Source: Erysipelotrichaceae bacterium
Lineage (GTDB): Bacteria; Bacillota_I; Bacilli_A; RFN20; CAG-826
Direction: 5' to 3'
DNA length: 64,000 bases
Assembly: GCA_015059105.1 (NCBI GenBank)
Contig: SVBB01000006.1
Coordinates: 12,306-76,305 of the forward strand
Positions within the stretch are counted from its first letter, which is position 1. Each line of letters begins with the position of its first letter. Shown one piece after another: positions 18,423-27,990 of this stretch. Below the pieces are notes generated by a model that worked only from the letters and a program-made list of their open reading frames with translations, ran no database searches and had not been told where the DNA came from. The translations under genes and the position numbers were made by a program.

Positions 18423-19208
18423 TCATTTCCTATGTTTTTCTTTAATTTCATTAAGAGAAGATTCGAATCCAATAGACCAATCGTAAGAAGTTAAAAACTC
18501 ATTATTATATAAATCGACGTTACCCGCGAGAAAATCATAATAATCACACTTGATATTATGTTTATCTAAAATTAATAAAGCACGCATGAATTCTACACAT
18601 TTAAAGTTAATTTCATTAAGCGTCTGACGTAATCTCCATACCGCATCACGATATAGTATTTTTGCCCTATCGATATCTTTATCTGGCCATAGATAAGTAA
18701 TAGCTTGCGACATCGTTAAACTTTTCCCATTAAGCGCGATCAATAAAGCGAATAATTCTTTACTCTTAGAAGAGGAAAAACGAACGACATTGCCATTCAT
18801 GAAACAATCAAAAGAACCAAATGTTTTTACCGTCATCTCTTTTCTTTTATCTTCAATCTCTAATAAATAGTTGGATAGTTTAATCTCATCAATGGGTTTA
18901 TAAATGAAACCGATGACGTTGTCTTTGATTTTTTCATCTAAATCATCTAGTCCTAAATTGCCACCGGTGATAAAGACAATCTTGATATCAGATTGGATTT
19001 TTACTAGTTTCTTCGCAAGGCTAACCCCATCAATATGCGGCATGTAAATATCAAGGAAAGCCCCATCGATATAGTTATTCTTCGTGTAAGAAAGAATCTT
19101 TTCTTCATCATCATTAAAAAAGTGATAATCAGCATCCCAGTGACCGATTATTTTGTTAAGAAAATGAGAAAGGGAAGAGAACTCATCATCAACGACTATG
19201 ACTTTCAT
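18423..19208 (-). CDS. Response regulator (REC plus SARP-like winged-helix output)
   Basis: VVDDE, FLDIYMP, FIT and YKP receiver motifs. C-terminal KTFGSF...KSKELFALL...LWPD...RLR. Confidence 0.9.
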   Translation of the reverse strand: MKVIVVDDEFSSLSHFLNKIIGHWDADYHFFNDDEEKILSYTKNNYIDGAFLDIYMPHIDGVSLAKKLVKIQSDIKIVFITGGNLGLDDLDEKIKDNVIGFIYKPIDEIKLSNYLLEIEDKRKEMTVKTFGSFDCFMNGNVVRFSSSKSKELFALLIALNGKSLTMSQAITYLWPDKDIDRAKILYRDAVWRLRQTLNEINFKCVEFMRALLILDKHNIKCDYYDFLAGNVDLYNNEFLTSYDWSIGFESSLNEIKEKHRK

Positions 19209-20550
19209 TGCTATCCTCCTTTGGGATTTTAATCACTATTTTAGTCCCTTTTTCAACGCTGCTTTTGATATTAAAAGAGGCGTTGAAAAGCAGTCTAAAT
19301 CTTTCACGGCTATTGTTAATTCCGTGACTGGTTTTTTTGATACTATTAATGTCAAAACCTTCTCCGTTATCTTCGATAGTGAGGATATATGATTCATCAT
19401 CTTCTTCCGCGGATATGATGATATGACCACTTTCTTTTTCATTTACCTTGGAATATTTGACAATGTTTTCAACTAGAGGTTGTAAAGAAAAATAAGGCAC
19501 AAGGAAATCGCTCCCAGTGATGTTATAAATAATCTGATATGGTTTATTATGTTTGAGGTTTTCTAATTCTATATAATTGTTCACATTTTTCAGTTCCACA
19601 TCCAAAGTGACAATATCTGAATCCGCCGCTGCGACATAATCACGAAGGTTTGAAGAGAATAGATCAAGTGCTTTTGCCCCTAAGTCATGACTATCTTCAT
19701 ATAGCATCTTAATAGTATTCAAAGAATTAAAAATATAATGGGGGTTGATTTGATGGTTGAGGACATTTGTTTGCAGTTCCTTAAGTCTCTTCTCAAATTC
19801 CTCCTTTTCATATGCTTTTTTGCTGACATTAATGGTGTAATTTAAATATATAAGGATATAGATGAACATGATCAATAATGAGACGATTGAATCCACTCCC
19901 CTATAAAATATTTTTCCATCTGATAGTCGCGAAATAATCTCGATTATTTGAGCATTAAAGAGCAAATAAACAATGGTATAGGTGGCAACGAATGGGAAAT
20001 CGTACTTCTTAGTATTGCTCACATAAGCAGAAATATAAAAGAGCAGAAATAGGAAATATACCATAGTCAATATTCTTGAAATCAGTTCAAAGTGAAAGAA
20101 ATAGGACACGATGTAGAAGGTTATGATTACAAATAATATGATGATGGATGAATTCCTTTGCACCTTATTATATGGTATTTGATAAGCAGAAATTAAAAAT
20201 AAAGCGCAGGAGAGCATCGTTCCAACAAAGAATACATAATGGAAGATATCGATATATTCCCAGTTAATATAAATAAAATCGCAAGAAGTAACAAGCATCC
20301 CAATAAGGGATAGAGACATAAAGAACGTATACCACGATGAAGTCTTGTCGATAAAGTTAGAGATGAATTCGAGGGTCGTTATCACCGCTAAAATCGCTAA
20401 CGCAGTAAATAATAAAATAGTCAAATAAGTGTCGATGTTTTCTTTATTCCCAATAGAAAATACATTGGACAAAACAAAATATAAATACACCACAATAGTA
20501 AATACTAATAACAATGGGATAAAGAAATTACGTAGACGTTTTTTGACCAT
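19189..20550 (-). CDS. Membrane sensor histidine kinase (LytS/YesM-type)
   Basis: Multi-TM N-terminus, QINPHYIFNSLN H-box, LQPLVEN, EDNGEGF and GTKI motifs. Confidence 0.9.
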   Translation of the reverse strand: MVKKRLRNFFIPLLLVFTIVVYLYFVLSNVFSIGNKENIDTYLTILLFTALAILAVITTLEFISNFIDKTSSWYTFFMSLSLIGMLVTSCDFIYINWEYIDIFHYVFFVGTMLSCALFLISAYQIPYNKVQRNSSIIILFVIITFYIVSYFFHFELISRILTMVYFLFLLFYISAYVSNTKKYDFPFVATYTIVYLLFNAQIIEIISRLSDGKIFYRGVDSIVSLLIMFIYILIYLNYTINVSKKAYEKEEFEKRLKELQTNVLNHQINPHYIFNSLNTIKMLYEDSHDLGAKALDLFSSNLRDYVAAADSDIVTLDVELKNVNNYIELENLKHNKPYQIIYNITGSDFLVPYFSLQPLVENIVKYSKVNEKESGHIIISAEEDDESYILTIEDNGEGFDINSIKKTSHGINNSRERFRLLFNASFNIKSSVEKGTKIVIKIPKEDSNESHSR

Positions 20551-20604
20551 ATATTTTTGTAAAATAACTGGTTAATGAGGACCGATGTATAATTTTAGAA
20601 AAGA

Positions 20605-21189
20605 CTAATCTTTTAAAATTAAGATGAGGAGATTAGCAAAGGCTAAAGCGAAACAACCAATCATCGAAATCGCAACGATCATATTTAAAACTGAAACCGC
20701 TCCAACAGGCATATTATTCATGTTCCAGAAGACGAACATTAAGTATACGAAAATCGCGACGACAGTGAGTACGAAGACGATGATTGTCAACACTTTAGTA
20801 AGAGTGTCTTCTAAATAATTTGTCGCAAATAAGCAGATATCACATACGGCAAATAATTCAAATGCTATTAAAGCAAGTTCGATGAAGAGGAAAACATAAT
20901 AAGGTATTTGTTCCGCCATAGCAGAAACAAGAATAAAATCAGCAACCGAGCCGATAATAACAAATAGACTCGCGCCATAGACGTTTTTCACATCCCCGTT
21001 GGCTTCTTCCCCGAAGAAATAAAGTAGCGCTCCGACAAAAAGCAATACATCGGCTGTAATTCTAACAAACACAATTGGTGTACCAAGATTGATAAATAAA
21101 CCCAATACCAATGTTACGAGACGCGTCAATAAGCCGATAAGCATAATCGTTCTCGCACTAGCAGCCAATGATCCAAAAAATTTACTCAT
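20605..21189 (-). CDS. Hypothetical membrane protein (about 6 TM), last gene of the accessory operon
   Basis: Almost entirely hydrophobic; RBS GGAGG. Confidence 0.75.
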   Translation of the reverse strand: MSKFFGSLAASARTIMLIGLLTRLVTLVLGLFINLGTPIVFVRITADVLLFVGALLYFFGEEANGDVKNVYGASLFVIIGSVADFILVSAMAEQIPYYVFLFIELALIAFELFAVCDICLFATNYLEDTLTKVLTIIVFVLTVVAIFVYLMFVFWNMNNMPVGAVSVLNMIVAISMIGCFALAFANLLILILKD

Positions 21190-21205
21190 GATTAAAACCT
21201 CCTAG

Positions 21206-22102
21206 TTAATGTCTCATGATCGCTGTGATGATACAGCATATAATTTTTAAAATAAGTAAGATGATGAAGGTAATCGCCGCAAATAATGCAAATAAGATAG
21301 CGACGATACCGATGTTGAAATATAAAGAGATCGGACTAGCGATGTAATAATATTTGACCGGGGAATAAAATACATAATTGCTCACATTATTCCACTGTCC
21401 TTTCGCATGTGATTCCATATCGCTAGCTAATCCATTTACAGAATCTTTAAAAGATAGCCAATAATCATTAATCTCACTACCCATATTTTTGAAATATGAA
21501 TATGTTGATATCTTTAAAGCACTGAATAAGTTATTTCTCATCATATTTTGATGGAGATATTTCATTCCAAAACCAAAACTGATGAAAAGAGAGATGACCA
21601 TCGATACCATTACCATAAGGGCGAAAACAAAGGCGATTGCAAAGATGATGGCGACCATCAACAAATATTGCACTAAACCAATGAAGATGATGAAGATGAT
21701 ACCGATGAGAATGATGAACAAAGAGAGGAAAAGCATGAAGAATTTCGCCGGGTTAGTGAAGCGATAAATCTTTTGACGGTTATATAAATTATCCGCATGT
21801 CTTAAGTTTTCCGTAAAAGCTTCTTTGCTCGCATCGAGGATATTTTTATTCCAAATGAGATAGAATTCTTTTAAATCCCTTGGGGTTCTGCCGTTATTTT
21901 TTAAACAATTAACGAAGGCACGAATATATAAGACAAGTGCGTAAATTAAACCCACTACTCCAGCGATGATACCGATGATGCCAAGAAAGATAAGGCCGAT
22001 GTATATCGTTAGAACAAGGATGAAAGCCGCGATGACTAAAGCAGTCATTATCGCCGCGAATACTTCTCCTGGTTCATATTTTTTTACAACGTAATATGCC
22101 AT
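21206..22102 (-). CDS. Hypothetical membrane protein with internal duplication
   Basis: TM clusters separated by amphipathic segments; RBS AGGAGG. Confidence 0.75.
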   Translation of the reverse strand: MAYYVVKKYEPGEVFAAIMTALVIAAFILVLTIYIGLIFLGIIGIIAGVVGLIYALVLYIRAFVNCLKNNGRTPRDLKEFYLIWNKNILDASKEAFTENLRHADNLYNRQKIYRFTNPAKFFMLFLSLFIILIGIIFIIFIGLVQYLLMVAIIFAIAFVFALMVMVSMVISLFISFGFGMKYLHQNMMRNNLFSALKISTYSYFKNMGSEINDYWLSFKDSVNGLASDMESHAKGQWNNVSNYVFYSPVKYYYIASPISLYFNIGIVAILFALFAAITFIILLILKIICCIITAIMRH

Positions 22103-22114
22103 GTCTCCTCCTTT

Positions 22115-23116
22115 CTAATAATCTAATGTAAGTTTTAGCTGTTTCCCGTTTTTAATATAGGAAACGGATCTGATATTGATCCTAAGATTAGACGCAACCA
22201 TCTTTACGCTTGAAGCTAGATTAGTATCAAATTGTTTTTCGCTGATTTCGATGTTGAGATAGAAACACATTTCTTTCTCTTTGCTATTAATCTTCTCTAT
22301 GAGTTGGTTACGCAGTTCATAAAACGAACTTATTTCGGTAAGAAGCGCATTCTTATCTTTTGATAAATTGCTTAATCTTTCTAAGGAGTCATCATCGCAT
22401 TTCGGCCATGATGGCTTTAAGAGGTGATCATTAGCAAATGCATTATCAGAATAAAATGCATATTGGTAAGAATAAGGCTTCTTCCCTTTTTGGTTATGCC
22501 CAATGCCATAAGTTGCATCGAGGTGATAATAATGGTTATTGATTTTTACAATATTCCATGAATGCGGAGATATCGTGCCGTTTACTTTGGCATTGCTATT
22601 AACGATAATGCAGTATAGTCCGACACTATCGGCCAACATTTTATAGGCGGCGGATATCCCGCTACATTGGGCTTTATGATAATAAAGTGCGCTAATCGCG
22701 TTTTGGTTAAGGATGTTATTGATCTGATAATCGACATTATCGACAAGATAATCGAAGATCATCATATGTTGTTCTAATTCTCCTTTACCTTGACACTCCA
22801 TTTTTATATTCGTGAGGACCTTGCTGATTTCACGATCAATCAAATGTTGTTCATGAACGTAATTTTCTTTATAGATAAGGGTAATATTTTGATTGATTCC
22901 CATTCCCCTACAACTACACGAAACTTGTGGTTGAACATAATATAATTCGGGGTGATCGCTGATTACGCTTTGGAAAATGTCGCTTACTTTTTGATTATCA
23001 ATACGGGACAGTTCACATTGTTTTTTATGCTGCAGCAAACTTTTATAAATCGTTTGATAAGCTAACTGTTCTTCCTTAGAAAGAATTTTAGAAAAGTAAT
23101 AAGCATCTTCCTTCAT
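22115..23116 (-). CDS. Transglutaminase-like domain protein
   Basis: AQCSGIS, HSWNIV and YHLDAT give the Cys-His-Asp triad. DHPELYYV precedes it. No signal peptide. Confidence 0.88.
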   Translation of the reverse strand: MKEDAYYFSKILSKEEQLAYQTIYKSLLQHKKQCELSRIDNQKVSDIFQSVISDHPELYYVQPQVSCSCRGMGINQNITLIYKENYVHEQHLIDREISKVLTNIKMECQGKGELEQHMMIFDYLVDNVDYQINNILNQNAISALYYHKAQCSGISAAYKMLADSVGLYCIIVNSNAKVNGTISPHSWNIVKINNHYYHLDATYGIGHNQKGKKPYSYQYAFYSDNAFANDHLLKPSWPKCDDDSLERLSNLSKDKNALLTEISSFYELRNQLIEKINSKEKEMCFYLNIEISEKQFDTNLASSVKMVASNLRINIRSVSYIKNGKQLKLTLDY

Positions 23117-23120
23117 ATAA

Positions 23121-24554
23121 TTAATCGACTAAAGAGATGATTTCGTTCTCGTCAAAGGCAATACCTTTTCCTTTACCGTTCATCACCCAGGCGAGGGCTC
23201 TAGCTGCGTTTTTGGAATAAAGTTTTCCATTTCCATCATCCGCTAAAGCAGTACAAGCAAAGAATTGGATGTTTTTAAACTTCGCTTTGAGGGTGTTAAC
23301 AAAGTTATCTTCTCCATATTCACGTAAGAAGTTCTCGCAGATTGCATTTTCGGCTTCTAGGAAAGTTGCCTTATGAGATGCGCGATATTCTTCGTTTCCA
23401 CTATCGCCAATCTTTTCATCTAAACCAGGTAAATCAAGTTTTGTGAAGACGACCGCACAATCTTTAGTAATTTTTTCTTTAGAATTAAGGTTTGATAAGC
23501 TATCGACAGTCGTGACGAGCATATCGAGTACTTCGTCTAAACTCATAGAAGAACCGTTAAAGCTAGAAATATCGTTTTTCTTTTCCACTTCTTTACGATA
23601 TTCCTTGATGGAAAGTGGATCGATGATGACGATATAACCTTGTGAGTTTGCATATCCGATTTGACGTTTAAGCGTTTCTTTATCCGCATAAGCTTCGCCT
23701 CCGATATCACAAAGAGAGATTTCATTTTTGACGGCTTGTTTATCTTTCGCCCAGTTGAAACGGTAGAAAGTTAAAGCCATATTGTTGGTCTTAGCGGGGA
23801 AAGCACCATTTTCAATTCCTTGAATATTGTTTTCATATTCCATTGTTCCCTCATCTTCATAATCGAAGTTATATCCAAGCTTCCCAGCATTTTTGCTTAA
23901 AGAATAAATGGACATATTGACGAAACAAGTCTTACCAGAAGATGGTCCACCAATGAGTGGGAAAGTCACTGCGACATGAGCGCCACCACTGGTCAAATCA
24001 AATTGACAGTGAGGACAAATCGCATTGAGTTTTTGTCGACCATTTAAGAAAGTAGTCGGTAACTGATTTCCACATTCACAAGTACGTTTTAAAATACCAT
24101 ATTTTGAAGGGATGAGTTTGGTATGCACTCTACCACAACTACAACGGTAATATGGGAGAGAAATTCTTTCTTGACAGTTAGAACAGTGAGAGACGATACC
24201 ATGCATCTTTCGATAGACGAAGTCGAGGAACCACACGACAGTAAATCCGATGTAGACAATACCCATAAAGATAGAGACGATCAAAGTATGGATAATCGTA
24301 CAGACGAGGACGATAACAGTCGCAAAAACGCTGGTGATAATCGCTTGAACGGTGAAGGCAATAGTTCGAATGAGACTAGTGATTAATCCACCGAAACTGA
24401 AATGGTGTATAATTCCCGCCCAAATATCGATAAAGCGCAAGAAGAGGTTATATTCAATCTTTCCAAGATTAATGAAAGCACCGAAAATAGTCTCAAAAAG
24501 AGAATACCATCCGGGACCGAAAAAATAATTAATTCTTGCTGGTTGTTTTTCCAT
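23121..24554 (-). CDS. Membrane-anchored TRAFAC GTPase (double-GTPase type) with Cys-rich Zn-binding region
   Basis: N-terminal TM helices; CSNC, CSCG..H, CECG and CPHC; G1 GGPSSGKT, G3 DIGGE, G4 TKLD, G5 CTA. Confidence 0.85.
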   Translation of the reverse strand: MEKQPARINYFFGPGWYSLFETIFGAFINLGKIEYNLFLRFIDIWAGIIHHFSFGGLITSLIRTIAFTVQAIITSVFATVIVLVCTIIHTLIVSIFMGIVYIGFTVVWFLDFVYRKMHGIVSHCSNCQERISLPYYRCSCGRVHTKLIPSKYGILKRTCECGNQLPTTFLNGRQKLNAICPHCQFDLTSGGAHVAVTFPLIGGPSSGKTCFVNMSIYSLSKNAGKLGYNFDYEDEGTMEYENNIQGIENGAFPAKTNNMALTFYRFNWAKDKQAVKNEISLCDIGGEAYADKETLKRQIGYANSQGYIVIIDPLSIKEYRKEVEKKNDISSFNGSSMSLDEVLDMLVTTVDSLSNLNSKEKITKDCAVVFTKLDLPGLDEKIGDSGNEEYRASHKATFLEAENAICENFLREYGEDNFVNTLKAKFKNIQFFACTALADDGNGKLYSKNAARALAWVMNGKGKGIAFDENEIISLVD

Positions 24555-24568
24555 AATAATATTCCTCC

Positions 24569-24967
24569 TTAAGCCCCAAAAGTGTTTTCCGCTAATGAAT
24601 GGATGTAGGCCGCAAAGGCGTCAACAATACCAAACATAATGCCCATCACTACCTGGTAAACTGCAAAGATGATTACCAAGACAACAAAGACGAATGCCAC
24701 TAGAGATACAATCACCAAAATCGTCCAGCTCGTGACCACGAAGTATGAGATTGCAATAGAAGCGAAGAAAGCTGTTTTAATAATGCACCAGAAAGTGTGC
24801 AAGGAGAAAAACGAATCGTTATCTGACCATGTATCTCCGATGATTGCAAAACAGTTCATTGCATGTTCAAACATTCTTTTGAATGAACCGACGATCAATA
24901 TTCCGATGATGCCAAAAGCTTTATGGAATACGAAATCTTCAAATACGTTAGATTTAATGTTAGCCAT
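24569..24967 (-). CDS. Small membrane protein
   Basis: Hydrophobic; RBS GGAGG; tight operon spacing. Confidence 0.75.
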   Translation of the reverse strand: MANIKSNVFEDFVFHKAFGIIGILIVGSFKRMFEHAMNCFAIIGDTWSDNDSFFSLHTFWCIIKTAFFASIAISYFVVTSWTILVIVSLVAFVFVVLVIIFAVYQVVMGIMFGIVDAFAAYIHSLAENTFGA

Positions 24968-24981
24968 ATTATTCCTCCATA

Positions 24982-25158
24982 TTAAAGATTGCCAATTCCT
25001 AGAACATCAGTGATAAAGGCTTGGATGATGAAGAAGATTCCACGATAAAATCCCCATACAGCCCCGATCATAATGCTAGCGGCGAGAACTCCTGCAAAAA
25101 GAAACGGACTTGCAAAGATGATTCCCACACCTAGTAAAAAACCAATAATAGATAGCAT
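24982..25158 (-). CDS. Unannotated 58-aa hydrophobic protein
   Basis: MLSIIGFLLGVGIIFASPFLFAGVLAASIMIGAVWGFYRGIFFIIQAFITDVLGIGNL*. Strong RBS AGGAGGAG (25164-25171). Fills the gap between two operon genes exactly. Confidence 0.85.
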   Translation of the reverse strand: MLSIIGFLLGVGIIFASPFLFAGVLAASIMIGAVWGFYRGIFFIIQAFITDVLGIGNL

Positions 25159-25172
25159 AGTATCTCCTCCTT

Positions 25173-27974
25173 TTATTTCTTCTTGTGGAAAAGATTATTC
25201 CAGAATCCACTTTTTTTCTCTTCCACTTCATTGGTTTGTTTTTGTGTATTATTAACATCAGCGTTACTGCTGGTGCTACTTCCTTTTTGTTGAGGCTCAA
25301 TTTTTATTTCCTCAAAATTTGGATTATTATTCATTAACGGTGGCTTACTATTCGTTGGAGTTGGTAAAGGCACTATGCCGTTAAGTTCATCCGCTAATCT
25401 TTTTAATTCAGGATAATATTGACCTTCTTTATCTTGCCTGACTTCTTTAGTAAGATATTTTGCTAATCCCTTCTTGTCTTTTGGAGTCATATTAGAAGAG
25501 AGTTTCTTATAAATTTTATCCGCGATAGGAGAGAATGTATCTCCGCGTTTGCTGGCCAAATAGAGAATTACATAATATTTATCTGCATCAATTTTCTCTA
25601 AGTTAGAAAGGTTGTATAAATCATTCACCATGTTTTCCTGGTCCGCATAAGGGGCGCAGATATTATTAAATAAGGTCGCATCATTACTAAATGAAACGGT
25701 TTTATATTTTAATAAGGTCGTAACTAAAGAACGGAGATAAGTTCTCGCGAAGAGGAATTTACGATTATTATCATCAACACCATTAAAGATGGAAGCATAT
25801 AAATTCTTATCCATGAGACGTTGACGCATCATCACCTCTTTTAAAGATAGTAATTCTTCTGCAAATAATTTAACTTCCACGTTACTGCTCACAGCGCCGA
25901 GACGTTTTAAGGCATTGAATTCATTTTTATAACGAGCTAAATCACCACCCGCGATTTTCTCTAAACTACTTAAAAGAGCAGAATAGATCGCTTTATCTTC
26001 ATCTTTAACTCCTTGTGTAGTGAAAATATTTAACCAATAAGAAATATCATTTGGCTGAATTGCAACGAGCAAATAACCTTTAAAGGCTTTGATGAATAAA
26101 CCTTCTTCATCATCATCTTTTAGATAATATTTCTCATAGTATGATTTAAGGGATTCGTTGGTGCGGCGAGGGGCAGAAGCAAAATCATCTTTTTCAATCT
26201 TTTTAACGATGTTTTTGATGTCGTCGCGTTTAAATAACTCATCATCAATTCTTTGATATCTATTAATATCACTCTTAATGAAATTAGAATAAGCGGTATA
26301 TGCTTCCTTTTTATCACTATGGCAGATGAGTAGCTTATATAGCCTATTTGCAATATAATTGATATCGTTTATATCTTTTAGATAAAGGAGATATTCTTGG
26401 TGAGATTTAATGTCGATCTTATCCACGATTTTCTTATATAAATCACTCTTAAAAGTTACTAAATATGGACTAATAACATTAACGATATATGCCATGAATT
26501 GTTTATCGTTATTGTTATAACTTTCTTCACATATTTTCATCATGAGGTCATAGAGCACTTCTTTGTCTTTATCGATGTTATATGAAGAATCACTAAATAA
26601 AGAATCAAGATAAAGAGCGAGCAAAGCATGATTATTTCTATTCTTATTTAATAATTCTTTACCTTCTCCACTTAATGGATATAGACGCGCGAATTCTTTA
26701 TATATATTAGAATATTTATTTTTAGTTTCATTGATAAAGGCATTCTCATTTTGATTAGAAGACTGCAGATATGGATCAAAGATAAAATGAACATATTTTT
26801 CTTTATCCGCTTCGCTGAGAAGAGGATAGAGGAATCTTTCCATCGCCAAAGTGGCTTCACCTTTAGGATATTTTCCACTTATGACATTATTAAAGGCATC
26901 CGGAATGAAACGAGATAAATTAGTCCCCCTGGAATAGACATTGAGAAGTTCAAGAGCTTCATTAACATCATAATTATCTAGGCCATTCTTCTCGAGTTCA
27001 TTGATGCGCACCGCCATATGATTATCCACACTATATGTGTTTTTGATGCGCTCAATGGTTGCTACAAAAGTCATCGCAGAATAGATATCTTTTTCGAGAT
27101 ATTTTTCTTCTTGATCGACCAATTCATCAACAGTAAGATTTTGAGTGAACTGGTTATTTGGAATATCCACTACCACGCTCGTCAATAATTTTTGTTGGAG
27201 TTTCATTCTCGAAGAAGAACCAGTAATGAATTGAATGCGATATTTTGAACCTTCTGGTAAACCGAGTTTTACATTATTATCATCATAAGAATAAGTATTG
27301 AAGAATATTTGTTCTGCTTCTTCGGGAGATAATAATAAAGAAATCGCGGAAATCCATAGACGTGCATTTTCTAATTTATCATTGATAAAAATCGGTTGTT
27401 TATTATTTTTATCCTTTAAAATGGTGACAATTTTTTTAATATGTTCTTTACGATTATCACTATTTAAGAACGCAGTAATTTCACTTTGTGAAAAACTTGC
27501 GGATGTTTCAACATCAATAGACGGTAATGGAGCGGGATTTTTAGCTGTCCATTCTTCAAGAGTTAAATCATGGCGGAATATGCTTGATCCCATATAGAGA
27601 ATCGGAAATTTTTCGACTTTATCCATAACTAGAGCGTGAATTAAATAGTTCCCCGTTCTCCCACTTGGAGTAAAGCCTTTAAATTCTGGTCCGATATAGC
27701 CAGATTCCGCTAAACAGTATTTTCCACTTGGAAGTTTGAAATAAGCAAAATTACGTGGACATACACCTTCGATATCTTTCATATCAACAGGGTTCCAGGT
27801 CATGTTATTTAAAGACCTACGCATATCAGAAAGCATCGGTACCGCTGGATATTGCATAAGCAAGAAAATCACTTTCGCATCATCTTGAGAAATATCAGAA
27901 GACATCGAATAAACGGCGTAACCACCATTAGGTGAGTTCTTATAGGAAGTATAAAGATATTGACTTACTTTCAT
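25173..27974 (-). CDS. GTPase-associated protein 1-like (GAP1-N2 N-terminus, long helical C-terminus)
   Basis: QYLYTS...GGY...FAYFKLPSG...YIG...GRTGNYLIHALV and WISAISLLL...FNTY resemble GAP1-N2 and GAP1-M. It lies between two GTPase genes. Start at 27974 with RBS AAGGAG. Confidence 0.75.
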   Translation of the reverse strand: MKVSQYLYTSYKNSPNGGYAVYSMSSDISQDDAKVIFLLMQYPAVPMLSDMRRSLNNMTWNPVDMKDIEGVCPRNFAYFKLPSGKYCLAESGYIGPEFKGFTPSGRTGNYLIHALVMDKVEKFPILYMGSSIFRHDLTLEEWTAKNPAPLPSIDVETSASFSQSEITAFLNSDNRKEHIKKIVTILKDKNNKQPIFINDKLENARLWISAISLLLSPEEAEQIFFNTYSYDDNNVKLGLPEGSKYRIQFITGSSSRMKLQQKLLTSVVVDIPNNQFTQNLTVDELVDQEEKYLEKDIYSAMTFVATIERIKNTYSVDNHMAVRINELEKNGLDNYDVNEALELLNVYSRGTNLSRFIPDAFNNVISGKYPKGEATLAMERFLYPLLSEADKEKYVHFIFDPYLQSSNQNENAFINETKNKYSNIYKEFARLYPLSGEGKELLNKNRNNHALLALYLDSLFSDSSYNIDKDKEVLYDLMMKICEESYNNNDKQFMAYIVNVISPYLVTFKSDLYKKIVDKIDIKSHQEYLLYLKDINDINYIANRLYKLLICHSDKKEAYTAYSNFIKSDINRYQRIDDELFKRDDIKNIVKKIEKDDFASAPRRTNESLKSYYEKYYLKDDDEEGLFIKAFKGYLLVAIQPNDISYWLNIFTTQGVKDEDKAIYSALLSSLEKIAGGDLARYKNEFNALKRLGAVSSNVEVKLFAEELLSLKEVMMRQRLMDKNLYASIFNGVDDNNRKFLFARTYLRSLVTTLLKYKTVSFSNDATLFNNICAPYADQENMVNDLYNLSNLEKIDADKYYVILYLASKRGDTFSPIADKIYKKLSSNMTPKDKKGLAKYLTKEVRQDKEGQYYPELKRLADELNGIVPLPTPTNSKPPLMNNNPNFEEIKIEPQQKGSSTSSNADVNNTQKQTNEVEEKKSGFWNNLFHKKK

Positions 27975-27990
27975 CACACCTTCTCCTTTC

